From contig CM082581.2 in NCBI GenBank assembly GCA_040954595.2, positions 9,589,878 to 9,653,877 on the forward strand: a stretch of DNA of 64,000 nucleotides, given 5' to 3'. A program made the translations under genes and the position numbers. Below, piece by piece: positions 37,825-50,370 of this stretch. The first letter of the stretch is position 1, and the number at the start of each line of letters is the position of its first letter. The notes under the pieces are model-generated. The model was given only the letters and a program-made list of their open reading frames with translations, was not told the origin of the DNA and did not search any database. Origin of the DNA: Balanoglossus misakiensis. Its lineage: Eukaryota; Animalia; Hemichordata.

Positions 37825-40779
37825 AAAACTATGAACACAAAATGACGATACCACCAAATGTAAGAACAGCGGAATTATAAAGGAAAATGATCCATTCATT
37901 AGCATCAAGACACGTATGGAAAAATCGCTTTAGAAAATCGTAAAAGTGGCCGTGTCTCGACGAGATGGACAGTCTATATTATTCAAAAATAAATCAAACA
38001 CAAGAGTACATGTACAGAAGATCTAAATCCATGGCAACTTGAACTGTCATTGTTAGATGGTAAGACGGTTTTGGGGTTCAGTATTTTTTGTACAAGGGAG
38101 TTCTGTGCAAGAGATTGACGACAGATCAAGGGAATGGAAAAAAGGACCAAAGGATTTTGAATTTTCTAGAACGTCTCCTGTTTAGACAATTGATAGAAGG
38201 GAGACTAGGAAAGAGTACAATAAAACAGTCCGATAAACTTTTTGGGTATTGTTTTTTTTATGATCCATCGAGTGTAGCTTCCAGATAAATAATGAGTGTG
38301 GAATGCGGGGAATACCAATTTAATAGCACACCCTTAGCAACTCATGCTCATATGCCATTTCATTTTTATGTTCATCTTTCAGAGGCTGTCAATCAAAAAT
38401 CTCTGACCCAATTTCGTTCGGCTGTAAACTTGTAAATGTTCGGACTACCTCATCAGCAGGTCTTCGACGATTGGTCATTGCCAGTATCGACATCAGATGT
38501 AGCACTTTTCTGAAGTTTTCAGGAGTGCGGACTTCACCTGTTTTTCATTGTGTAGAGAGAAAGCTTGAAGATGAAAGGGCGCCCGAACACGAATGAATGT
38601 TTTCGTCCACTTAGGTCAAAGTCTACAGACAAAATCGAACGGCCTTCACCTTAATTTTGAGGTTAACACGCCTACATCGCCGTGATCTACCGGCGACCTG
38701 TGATGAGTTAGTTGCAAAGAAGCTCAGTCATCATTTCTGCACATCAACATTTTAATAGCATAGATGTTTCATAGATGTCGCTTCTTCACATCTCTTCAGA
38801 TGATGATGATGATGATAACGGCTTGATGATGGTGGTGATCTTTACCAAACAAACACGTTTTTTATGGTGAAATGCTATCTCTGCAACAATTTCTGAGGTT
38901 TCATATTTTGAATGTTTTCTGGCACCTCTAGAGTACACTTTGATGCTAATACGTCAGAGCATTGATTCCTTCATCTGCTTGGCACTGCCAGTCAAAGCAT
39001 TGGCTCGTCCCATCGTGCATCGACTCGGAAGGACACATGGGATTTGTATAGCTTGTCTGCAGACAGAACTAGCATGACCATTCCAGGGCGATGACATTAT
39101 CAGGACCTCATTTTGGTGAACTTTTCATCTGGTCAGACAGAGACAGGTCGCTGGACTGTGGACAGGTTAAAAAAAGACCATTGGTCTAATTATGGGGACA
39201 TCCATAGTTTATCAACCCTGGAAGTTACCAAGGGTAATGTGCTAATCCGATAGTGCACGTAGACCTGGTATATACAGAGTACATTGTACTTAGGCTGGCG
39301 TTTTGGTCAGCAGTGAGCATTAGATGTCCAGTTAACTGTGTGCGAGAACATACAGTGTGGTCTTCTGGTCTTACGTTTCCAAGTTCAATGGCCAATATAG
39401 ACAAAGATGAAATGAACCAATATTTTGATCCGATTCTACAATTTAATGCCGTCTCCAGGTCAACTCTACATTTTGATGACTCATCAATTCCACTGATGTT
39501 GTACCGTGGTTCCATCGCCGTTAATGTGTTACCAATTACACCCAGTTATCTATTTATTGACACATGACTAGAGATGCATCCTATTTGAAAAGTCATTGTC
39601 TGTGGAAAGGTGCATAAAAAACCATCACACACGGTAAGTCTTTTTACGCAATGTTTAATGTCACGGATGGACAAGAAATTACATCATCACATATTTATGA
39701 ACTTTACAAATAACAGACAAATCTTTATTCACATTAGTGTTGAAAATGAGAGAAATTTTGAGTGAATATGACATCATAAAATGCGAGTCTCTGTATCTGC
39801 AAAGTTCAAAGGACGACAGTTCCGCTGTGATGATCGATTTCTACCATGGTGAGTATCGGTAGATGTAGCCATCGCAGATCCAACTGATTTGCTGTAATAC
39901 TGGCAGGCAAGCACGTACTTGGGCTGAAATGAGAAAATTGTTTATAATCAAAAATAATTGCAATAATTGCTAAATGGAGAGTTTACAAGGTTGGCAGATG
40001 TACTTGACCTCTGACTTTTCTTGACTTGATTTGAATGACTTGACTTTGCTAAATTTGCTTGCTATGCATTTCTCAAATAAAACCTCATTTACTGATGTTT
40101 ACATCGAATTAACGACTATTGTTTAATGATGTATGTACATCACATACATTACTGGCTTACCTTGACTTGATCAGTTGTTGCACGACTTGTCTTGAGTAGA
40201 CACACCGGCATACTTGAATAGACGCCTTGACCTGGCCCGAGTTGGCATGGGTAGAGTAGAATTCCAGAGTTCCCGGTTCTTTAATAAGAAAGTTCACATA
40301 ATTGCCACCGCTTGAGGGAGTAGTTCAGGATCACTGCAATTCCAGTTGCTAGTTGTGAATGTGTTGCGTCATCTTCATCCACCTAAAGCATGTTCCCAAT
40401 CCTAGAAAGTTTTTGTCTCAAAGAGAAAAAAATGATAGTACGGTAACCAATGGTTCAGCATTTAGAGCCTATAATTTCAAATCATCAGATTGTGACAGGA
40501 TATCCTGTTCATCACTTGTTGATTGCTTCAAGCAGACATTACTTCATATGACTTGGTTTGTATAGAATTCAATCATTCTGAATTGATCAGTTGCCATGAC
40601 TTGAGTAAACTTACTTGACTTCACTTAATTACATGGCTTTGATTGAAGTAACTTCACTTGGGCTTGACGACTTCACCTACTTGGCAAATGGTTTCCGATT
40701 GGTATTCTATCAAAATAAAATCCTTAATAACTGATAATTACATGTCCTGAAAGGCAAACTATTTTAAACAAATGAGGTG

Positions 40780-42510
40780 ACTTGTGTGTCTTGTCTTGTC
40801 TTTGCCTTGATCTTGTCTTTGTCTTTTGTCTTGTCTTGACCTGACCTTACTAAGTTAGCTTTACATTAACCGAAACCCCTATTTAATAATTACATGTCAT
40901 TACAGAAAAGTATTACAAATTTTTCTTGACTTGTCTGTGTCTTGTCTTTGCCTTGTCTTGACTTTGCCTTGTCTGTGTCTTGACTTGTCTGTGTCTTGAC
41001 TTCTGTGTCTTGTCTTTGCCTTGATCTTGTCTTGGTCTTTTGTCTTGTCTTGTCTTGACCTGACCTTACTAAGTTAGTTTTACATTAACCGAAACCCCTA
41101 TTTAATAATTACATGTCATTACAGAAAAGTATTACAAATTTTTCTTGACTTGTCTGTGTCTTGTCTTGTCTTTGCCTTGTCTTGTCTATGTCTTGACTTG
41201 TCTGTGTCTTGATCTTGTCTGTGTCTTGACTTCTGTGTCTTGTCTTGTCTTTGCCTTGATCTTGTCTTGGTCTTTTGTCTTGTCTTGACCTGACCTTACT
41301 AAGTTAGCTTTACATTAACTGAAACCCCTATTTAATAATTACATGTCATTACAGAAAAGTATTACAAATTTTTCTTGACTTGTCTGTGTCTTGTCTTTGC
41401 CTTGTCTTGACTTTGCCTTGTCTGTGTCTTGACTTGTCTGTGTCTTGACTTGTCTGTGTCTTGACTTCTGTGTCTTGTCTTTGCCTTGATCTTGTCTTGG
41501 TCTTTTGTCTTGTCTTGTCTTGACCTGACCTTACTAAGTTAGCTTTACATTAACCGAAACCCCTATTTAATAATTACATGTCATGACAGAAAAGTATTAC
41601 AAATTTTTCTTGACTTGTCTGTGTCTTGTCTTTGCCTTGTCTTGACTTTGCCTTGTCTGTGTCTTGATCTTGTCTGTGTCTTGATCTTGTCTGTGTCTTG
41701 ACTTCTGTGTCTTGTCTTGTCTTTGCCTTGATCTTGTCTTTACTTCTGTGTCGTGTCTTGTCTTGTCTTGGTCTTTTGTCTTGTCTTGTCTTGACCTGAC
41801 CTTACTAAGTTAGCTTTACATTAACCGAAACCCCTATTTAATAATTACATGTCATTACAGAAAAGTATTACAAATTTTTCTTGACTTGTCTGTGTCTTGT
41901 CTTGTCTTTGCCTTGTCTTGTCTATGTCTTGACTTGTCTGTGTCTTGATCTTGTCTGTGTCTTGCCTTCTGTGTCTGGTCTTGTCTTTGCCTTGATCTTG
42001 TCTTTTGTCTTGTCTTGACCTGACCTTAGCTTCACATTAACCGAAACCCCTATTTAATAATTACATGTCATTACAGAAAAGTATTACAAATTTTTCTTGA
42101 CTTGTCTGTGTCTTGTCTTTGCCTTGTCTTGACTTGGTATGATCTTGTCTTGGTCTTGACTTGTCTGTGTCTTGATCCTGTCTGTGTCTTGACTTCTGTG
42201 TCTTGTCTTGTCTTTGCCTTGATCTTGTCTTTTGTCTTGTCTTGACCTGACCTTACTAAGTTAGCTTCACATTAACCGAAACCCCTATTTAATAATTACA
42301 TGTCATTACAGAAAAGTATTACAAATTTTTCTTGTCTTTGCCTTGTCTTGACTTTGCCTTGTCTTGACTTTGCCTTGTCTGTGTCTTGATCTTGTCTGTG
42401 TCTTGACTTCTGTGTCTTGTCTTGTCTTTGCCTTGATCTTGTCTTGGTCTTTTGTCTTGACTTGACTTGTCTGTGTCTTGTCTTGTCTGTCTTGACTTTG
42501 CCTTGTCTTC
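40780..42510. repeat. Composite tandem array: seven conserved ~88-bp cores separated by variable (CTTGT)-like blocks
   Basis: Core gacctgaccttactaagttagctttacattaaccgaaacccctatttaataattacatgtcattacagaaaagtattacaaatttttc starts at 40838, 41057, 41287, 41522, 41793, 42017 (8-bp deletion) and 42244; periods 219-271 bp. Confidence 0.97.
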
Positions 42511-42659
42511 ACGTCAAAATACATTTACAATGAAATACAATTTTGTGCCCAAAAGAGGCGAAGATTGCATATAAATCACACACAGGCAATATGGAACAAA
42601 AATATAACTATGCACCTTTATATTGATGCTTGAAGGATACTGGTCTTCATTTGTCACGA

Positions 42660-43110
42660 CTAACCTTGACTTGAGTTGTACGCGACCTGTCTTGAGTGGA
42701 CTTACCGATAGGTCTTGAACTTGCCCGAGTTGAGTTGACTTGAATTGGCTTTGCTTGAGTAGAATTCCAGAGTTCAAAGTTCTTTATGCAGGAGAAAGTT
42801 CACACAATTTCTACTGCAATTCCAGTCATGGTGAAATGTTTATGTTGACTTGAGTTATACGCGACCTGTTTTGAGAAGACTTACCCTTAGGTCTTGAACT
42901 TGCCTGAGTTGACTTGAATTGGCTTTGCTTGAGTAGATTTCCAGAGTTCAAAGTTCTTTATGCAGGAGAAAGTTCACACAATTTCCACTGCAATTCCAGT
43001 CAAGGAGAAAATGTTTATGTTGCATCATACAGAACATCCAGTGAAGAGTTCCTGAACTTAGGATTCCAGCATTCCGAGTTCTTTATGAAGAGAAAAGTTC
43101 ACACAACCTT
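42660..43110. repeat. Second repeat family (~180-bp unit, ~2.5 copies), with a diverged copy at ~40160-40400
   Basis: Recurrent ...cttgagtagaattccagagttc(aaa)gttcttta...gaaagttcacacaattt..actgcaattccagt on both sides of the main array. Confidence 0.85.
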
Positions 43111-45868
43111 GACCTGACGGTGACCTGACTTGACATCCCTCGTCTTGACATAACTTGAGTGCCTGGACAGAATTAGGAGGGGGGGGGGGTGTGATTCAGG
43201 GAAAGTGTAGGTATTTGTCAGGGATGCTAACTTCTATGCAATAACATTACATTAAAATGTGACCAAAATGAAGCATTACCAATGGATGGATTAGATGTGT
43301 ACTCTCTGGTTCAACAAAGATCAAATGGCCGGTAAAATATGCCCAAGTGGTTATCGGTTTATAGCAGAAACTGTGGAAAAGCAGTGAAGACTGCGAATAA
43401 ATACTCACCATCGATGCGACTTCTGCTCAAATTCATCATGTGGCACGAGGTCTGGCACCCCTGAAACACCTGGTGAGGCCCACAGGTGGCACTGGACTGG
43501 CCAGATAGTGGGTTCCAGGCTCTTGAAACAACAAGATGGTTCCTCGAGGATGGGTTGTCTGTAAATTTAAGAATGAAGAAATAACGAATAAATAATGATC
43601 CAAAAAATTACGATCCGTCCATAAAATTTAATCATATCCAAATTATAATTATAAAAGTCATTTTCGTCGAAATTATTTCGAGTTTTTGTGAACGTTTGCT
43701 ATCGAGCGGTAGGGATTCTAATTTTTGCACACCGTAAAACACGTCGCATTTGGACGTTTACTTCGGCGCTCGCCAGTCTGTCGCCACGATGAATGACTAT
43801 CGAAATTGTATCATTTTGAGGAAGTCTTTAGCGAAAGAACCTTTCATTTTTATGCAAATTGCAACATTTTTATTTGAACAACATGTTGACTCCACGAAGG
43901 ATTTTTCATACTCCAACCGCCCTTCTCCAAAAATGTCTAAACGTTCGAAAAAAGCTAACTCAAACCATTCACAAAACAAACTTGTGACGCGTGGACTTTA
44001 ATAGAGAATCGCACACCACAGGACCCGGGATAATCATTCTCACGCTCGTTGGAGATATCCCCCCCCCCCCCCCCCCCCCCCCCCCGCTAGCCCGATGCTC
44101 GCGTGGGACAAACTAGCACGTGCACAATGAGGAGAAGGCGAGAAATCTCATCCTCGGTCGTTTCAGATTTTTTCTCGCGACAACAAATTAAATTTCTAGA
44201 AACATTCAAAGTCAACTTTTGAATATACGCGACTCGTCCGACACTTTGAAGTTCCTGTATACAATTATAATGAAATTTGATTTATTTTCGCCCGCGTTTA
44301 TCAAAAACGTTTTATCCCAAACTCTAAGCGCCATGGAACTCGTGGAAGAATTTCTATCTTGTCTGTTCGACGTATATGGCAATTTTATCGCAAATTTTTT
44401 GAGGTGGGTGAAAAAAGTTCACGCCTATAGCTAAATTCATTAATGACTCTACGTTACGTTGTAAAAAATAACACAAAAAGGGTTATATAGGTCTGAAACT
44501 AACCTTGAAAATGTACTCGTACAACTTCCATCCAAGACCATGATCCATGCTGCCAGCTCCCCGCAGACTATCTGACGTATGGCGGGATGCGCACACTTGC
44601 TACAAATTTTGTAGTTCACCAAACAATTACGTCATGGGATAATTTTAGAGCGCATCCGGAGATTCGTCATCACCACTGAACTCCCTAGCGAAGAAAAATG
44701 CAACAGAAAATAAATTACGACACAAAGAATTTCGAAAATACTTTTTGAGATTTTACATTTTAATGAGATCAGTGAAATGAGGAAATTTAATAACTGGAAG
44801 GACGAGTGGAACATTTTCGAGAGCAAAGAACATTCACTTTTGCTGAAAGAAAGTTTGCTTACAGGGAGGATAAAGAAATTGCCCATAAATACGATGGTTG
44901 TCTAACATTTTGATTCCTTGAATCATTGAATTTTGAAGTACATCAATTAAATAGTTTTCCCGACTTTCCTCAGCAAACGGTCACCAAAATAACACCCAAA
45001 GTTCCCGCAGAGCACGCTAAAAATATTTCTCGCCTCCCCCGGCCCTGACACAATCTCTCGATAGGTAACTGTTCAAAATATTTAGAACTTCTAAACTGGA
45101 GTTTGAAATCCCACAGTTGATAACTCACCAGAGAATTCGTGTCCAGTTCCGACAGAGTGGCGTCATTGCTTTGTTATCGCCTTTTGGATTTGCAGAGACT
45201 ATCATAATTTGAACAGAAGACATATTCTGAACTCGAGCAGATGTGGTGAAGGCGAGGGTCCTGGTCATCAGTCTGGTTGCCCTCGTGGGATGCGCTCTCT
45301 TTTCCCCGACTAAACCTCGAAGCTGATTGGTGCACTCGATAACAAACAGCAGATGGAGAACTCGTAATACACAGATCCGTCTGACCCGTCGAAATCACGT
45401 AGACAAAATCTAACAGGCAATACACCTGTCATCTGTCTAGCCAGTATTTTATTATTCAAATATACTTTCCTTTATGGGTTAACTCTTGAATAATACATCA
45501 ATCATATCTTGACAAGTAGACTGCAGACTAAAGTACATGTAATGTAGCTTGAGGCTTTCACAGAAAAAGTTACGTTGTAGATCAAGGCTGACATGAAGAC
45601 GTTTGAAATGGAACTGCTAAGCATTTCATGGCCACTGCAAAATATTTTGGCCGAAAAGAGACATATAGATGCGATGAGTACCTAAGTTGCACCTGTTGTC
45701 ACCTATATGTATAATTGCCATGGTCCAAAATAATCCTTATAAAACTGCATCGATGCCAGCCCCGGGGTGCCAGCCAAATAGTTTGTCCGCATCAATTTCG
45801 GGGTGCTATAACTACTGGTGTCGTGTTTGCTCTTATTTGTTTTTGCGTGGGTTTTTTTCGCAGTAAAC

Positions 45869-47309
45869 ATGACTGAAACTACTAAACTGCCCTACAAATG
45901 TACGCTCAGCGAAGCCGCCCTCGAAAAGGCCAAGCGTGAACTCAACGAGGATCCGGCAACCAGACAACAGAAAGTTAACGAGCTACGAGACTTGTTCAAA
46001 ACCAGGCCTGACATTAAGTTTCGACCAGACAGCGCTTTCCTACTGAAGTTTCTAAGAAACAAGAAGTTCCACGTGGACAGAGCGTTTAAGATGTTGGTCC
46101 ACTACTACCAAGTGAGGAAAGAGTATCCCGAATTATTTCAAAACTACGTCCCGTCGTCCGTCAAAGACATCTACGCGTTGAATACAGAAATGGTGTGCCC
46201 CGGCAGAGACAGTGAAGGACGGATCGTCTTACTTGGTAAAATTGGTAAGGCTGGATCTTGACCCCCTCCTCATCACATGTACATGATGTCACATGTTGTA
46301 GATGCTGTGGTTGGATATACCAGGATGAAATGGGAACTAGAATAAACAGAGACGCAAGTTTCATGTGATTCATGCAAATTGCAAATAAAAATAATATATT
46401 CATCAAATGTCACTACACATGATTTTACCAGTTATAATAATTTGACAGGTGACTGGGATCCTGATAAGATTCCACTGATGCAAGGCATCAAAGCGCAGCT
46501 AATGTTGTTGGAAACTGTGCTGTCAGAAGACGAAGACATCCAAGTTCATGGCATGGTATTTGTCGCCGACTACTCCGGATTAAATCGGAATCACATGAAG
46601 CACATGGGCTTAATGACCATCAAGAAAATGAATGACGTCTATATGGTAAGCAACTGAGAGATTTGCAGTTTGAGGATCAACAGACAGATTCCAATTGCAT
46701 GGACACATGTAACCTATATACTAGCATAAAATCAGCACAAACACACACACATACACATCCATCCATCCATAAATACATACGTACATTCTCACTGTCTTTG
46801 TCTAATGTACTTTCAGAATGCAATGCCAATACGATTCAAGGCAATTCATTACGTGCGCCAACCAGATCTGTTTCAGGCCTTGTTTGCCCTCTTCAAGCCA
46901 CTGCTCACTGAGAAGATGAAAAAGCGGGTAAGCCAACTATCCGGGAATAATTGTGATTTTAATTTAGATACTTATTTTTTTTGAAAGCTTTAGTCAGGTT
47001 GATTTTCATAATACATGGCTCATGGTTGTACTTTATGATCTTCCCCGACAGCTGAATTTCCATGGTGATGAGTACGGCAGTTTGCATGAGCACATCCCAT
47101 CCTCCATGCTGCCTGCTGAACTGGGAGGTCAGTTGCCTGGATACGACAACAGCGAATGGACGAACAAAGCACTGGCCGCAGAAGAGGAGTTTATCTATAA
47201 CAACCAGTTTGGATTCTTGAAGTCTGCTGACATCCTGGGTAGTGAAGACAAAGTTGCTGATCCATCCACGGGTTTGGTTGGAACTTTCAAGAAGCTGGAG
47301 GTCAACTAG
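45869..47309 (+). CDS. CRAL-TRIO lipid-binding protein, copy 3
   Basis: Exons 45869-46244, 46449-46645, 46817-46927, 47052-47309. Same structure; DSAFLLKFLRNKKF, GDWDPD, QVHGMVFVADYSG, LPAELGG, GTFKKLEVN. Confidence 0.93.
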
Positions 47310-47653
47310 ACTCGAGTGACAACTATCAAAACTGAGCAGCTGGTTAATTAGCAGACTTTTCTTCCAACATAGAATATTATTGGTGAAATACGTTGGTGTA
47401 GAATCGCACACTTTGGATGAAGTTTCCAATGTGTTTTGTGTGAAACCATATCCTGTTGAAGCTGTAATGCTACTCATATGAAGTTGAAAATTGTATTTAC
47501 TGTAGAAAAGCAGTGAAATCTTACTTTGTTTAGATGTGATTAATAATGATAATAAAATTCCCATCTGATAAAGGAAGAGAGGATATGATCACTATTTAAT
47601 TATTGCTCAGAAAATAATTTTACATGGAAAGTTTCTCAGTCTCTCACTGATGG

Positions 47654-49299
47654 CTACGTATCAGTGTCTTTCATTTTCTGAAACATCTGCACAGCTTTTG
47701 TGATTGTCTGTAAATTCCAGTCTTCCGGACACAGAGCATGCTCTGAAAGGGTGAAAGGTCCTTGCTGGGTTCTCACCAATGATGTCATATATGCGCAGGT
47801 TCCCAGGGCTGTGAGAGAGGCGACGGAAAGTTATAAAACACAATATATGTTCTGTGCTACAATTATCTGAATCATGTTTAGCTGTGCCACTTTAAGACAA
47901 GTTCCTGTTCGTGTGTGATGATGATAAAGGTTACCTTTCCCGATGTCGTGGATCAAACTTCTTATGTAAACACCGCCACCACAACGAACATCTAGAAAAG
48001 AAAAAAACACAAGTCACACGCCTTTTTCATATAGAGGGCGCCTTTCTAGTAGTTACTCAAACATATTATGGCGAGTAGTATGAAAAACTACATCCATTTC
48101 TTTCTGTCAGTGTTTCTTAGCTTTTTCTTAGCTGACTTTCAACAGTCTCAGTTGAAGTTTTATAGAAATAGAAGAAAAGAGACCGACTGACAGTTCAATG
48201 AAAGCAATCTATCAGTCTCCAGACTTCATTCAGAAGGGACTGCAGACTCCAAAACTTACCAATTTGAAAGTGAGGTGGTTGAAATCCCAGACACTCTACA
48301 GAATGGATCTGAACACTTCTTGCTGGTTTGGGTTCAACTTCAATGCCTTGATGGGCTAACGTGGACATTCTTATCCCTGCTATCTTCAATGCTGAATAAC
48401 TGCAAACACATCAAAGAAAAAATGGCAAAAAATCACTAAAGGAGAAACACACAAACTGCTGGCCATAAAAATTGAATTTAGTTTATACCATCTACTCACA
48501 CAGGAGGGACCTGCATGATATTGCCTCTAAATCTCTTCAGAACATCTTCAAAAGCTTCCTTTGTCACATGGTCTGCAAGATAAATAACACAGAACACATC
48601 AGGATTACAACAACGCGGAACATGATTGCAGCCTTTCAAATGTTCAAATCCTGTCGAAACCACAGCCACATCGATAATGATAGAGCCCCTCTTAAACTTG
48701 CCGTATGGTAATTCTTTGGTGATTGTGCCACTGCTGTCATAGGTGTCTGTATCTTGTCCTAAACAACCACAACCAATATATCTCTAGAAGAGAAGACATC
48801 AAAGAATAAGAGGTGTAAAAGTTCAGACAGTTGTATCATCTGATACAACTCAACATCAACACAAGATCAGGTCAAAAAAGGTTGCTATGATGAGAAATTA
48901 AAAGTAAAAAATTCCAATTACTTTCTTTCCTTTCAGGTATTTTCCCAGTACTTTAGTTCCGTCACCAATACCAATAACCAATACCCCTGATGCATGCTTG
49001 TCTAATGTACCTCCATGACCAAGCTTAAACTTTGACTTCCGTCCTGGTTTGAATTTTTCTCCACACTCTGAATTAAGACAATTTACAAAACAGAGTTATC
49101 TTAGGAACTGTGCACTCTCAAAAACTGAGGTGTATATTTAGACTAATACGAATGATAACGTTGACATACTACAGAACAGACCTGTATAGAGACGTTGTTT
49201 TAGTTTCCTGATGACATCAGCTGATGTGATCCCCGGTGGCTTTCTAACGGCAAACAGGCCGTTCAGTTTTAGCAACTGAGATTCGACAATGGACGCCAT
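47654..49299 (-). CDS. TRUB1: TruB-family pseudouridine synthase 1
   Basis: Exons 49299-49182, 49067-48922, 48783-48702, 48573-48500, 48399-48260, 47991-47935, 47806-47654. Motifs [13 protein letters not shown], catalytic [58 protein letters not shown]. Confidence 0.95.
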
Positions 49300-49671
49300 C
49301 CCTGGGCCCTGGAAACGTGAAGTATTGCTGGTTGCCAGCGACAACCGGTGAGGAGAAATCAGCTGTATGACAAAAGTGCACGCTGGGAGGGGATCCCCAG
49401 ACTTAACTATTACAAGACAGGTACGTGTACTCGTTATCGTGACGTCTCCAAGTACTCGAACGTATCAATGCATCGGTTTACATATCTTTTAGAGCACCCA
49501 TCAAAAGTCGGTCTCAATATTTCCTTCGTCATATTAGTCATTTTCTGTTCATGAAATTGACCCGTTCAGTTGCAAAACCGTCCACCTCCACCTACCTAGT
49601 AATATTTGGTATGTTCCAAACTCAGCGCTAGAGCGCCCTCGACGGGAAAACACCCCACACTAAAAACAAAG
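49300..49671. promoter_or_regulatory. Compact divergent promoter of TRUB1 and SMIM19
   Basis: Only ~370 bp separate the two divergent ATGs. Confidence 0.7.
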
Positions 49672-50370
49672 ATGGCTGAAATGGACGATAAAGAGTTTGC
49701 GGAGAAGTTTGGGAATTTACCACCAGAACATGTGGAACTCATGTGGCATGACGCGACAAATGTTTACCTCGTTGTGGTTGTTATTAGTGTCATTCTCATC
49801 ATTTACGTCAAAAAGTTAGTATAAAAGCCAGGTATCCTCATTTGCCTAGCAATAATACGAGTACCAGTATGTTCATATCAACAAAACAGTACATGGTAAA
49901 ATTGTCGTGTTGTGTTGAATATGTGACATATGAAGTACTGTACTCCACTTTCTTTATCTTTATTCATGACTCTTAATGTCTTCTTATCCATACAGACACA
50001 AACAGAACATACAGAGATTTATACCTGTACGAGTGATGAATTTATTCAGAAAACGCGATACATTATACATTGATACAACAGAAAAGGATGAAGAATTGAA
50101 GAGAGTTCGACTTCGACAACAACTTGACATGTATTACCAATGTGAGTATAAATAGTTTAGTGTTTGCATTCAAGTTAGCAATAATACTTCTGGGAGAGCT
50201 CTTTGAGTCGATTTAATGCATTAATGCTGAATGCAGTTTCTCTCAATGCTGTTTACTTACACCAAAATAAACATTGCTTCTTCTCTTTTGCAGCAAGAAA
50301 ATTTGAACAAAACCAGAAGGATCCTAACACAGAGAGTAAGCAGACTGTGGCTGTGGAAATGGAAACGTGA
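49672..50370 (+). CDS. SMIM19: Small integral membrane protein 19
   Basis: Exons 49672-49814, 49996-50141, 50294-50370 give MAEMDD...WHDATNVYLVVVVISVILIIYVKKHKQNIQR...RVRLRQQLDMYYQSRKFE..., matching the SMIM19 signatures W.EATNVYL and IRLRQQLEMY as I recall them. The ORF track misses exons 2-3. Confidence 0.9.

Larger units (their letters stand above)
39700..44600 (-). ncRNA. Putative spliced, polyadenylated antisense transcript (lncRNA or 86-aa ORF)
   Basis: Donor CAAG|GTTAGT at 44504; 150-nt exon 43558-43409 with polypyrimidine acceptor and G|GTGAGT donor; acceptor ttttctcatttcag at 39923; minus-strand AATAAA at 39724-39729. Predicted from splice signals only. Confidence 0.35.

Noticed and set aside
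40780-42510. CRISPR-like repeat/spacer appearance
   Set aside because: Repeats are ~88 bp, the spacers are low-complexity variants of one another, there are no cas genes, and the context is eukaryotic.
42306-42524. K/T/Q/D/R-rich 72-aa ORF
   Set aside because: It is a translation of the CTTGT-type repeat block.
39560-45052. hAT or Helitron termini for the large insert (tagagatg..., ...ggccctg, shared tgacaca)
   Set aside because: The candidate ends are not reverse complements of each other and no consistent TSD or terminal hairpin could be shown.
46959-47564. 201-aa minus-strand ORF and other antisense ORFs over real exons (e.g. 63116-63538, 22960-23337)
   Set aside because: Shadow frames of genuine coding exons or UTRs; no motifs or splice logic of their own.
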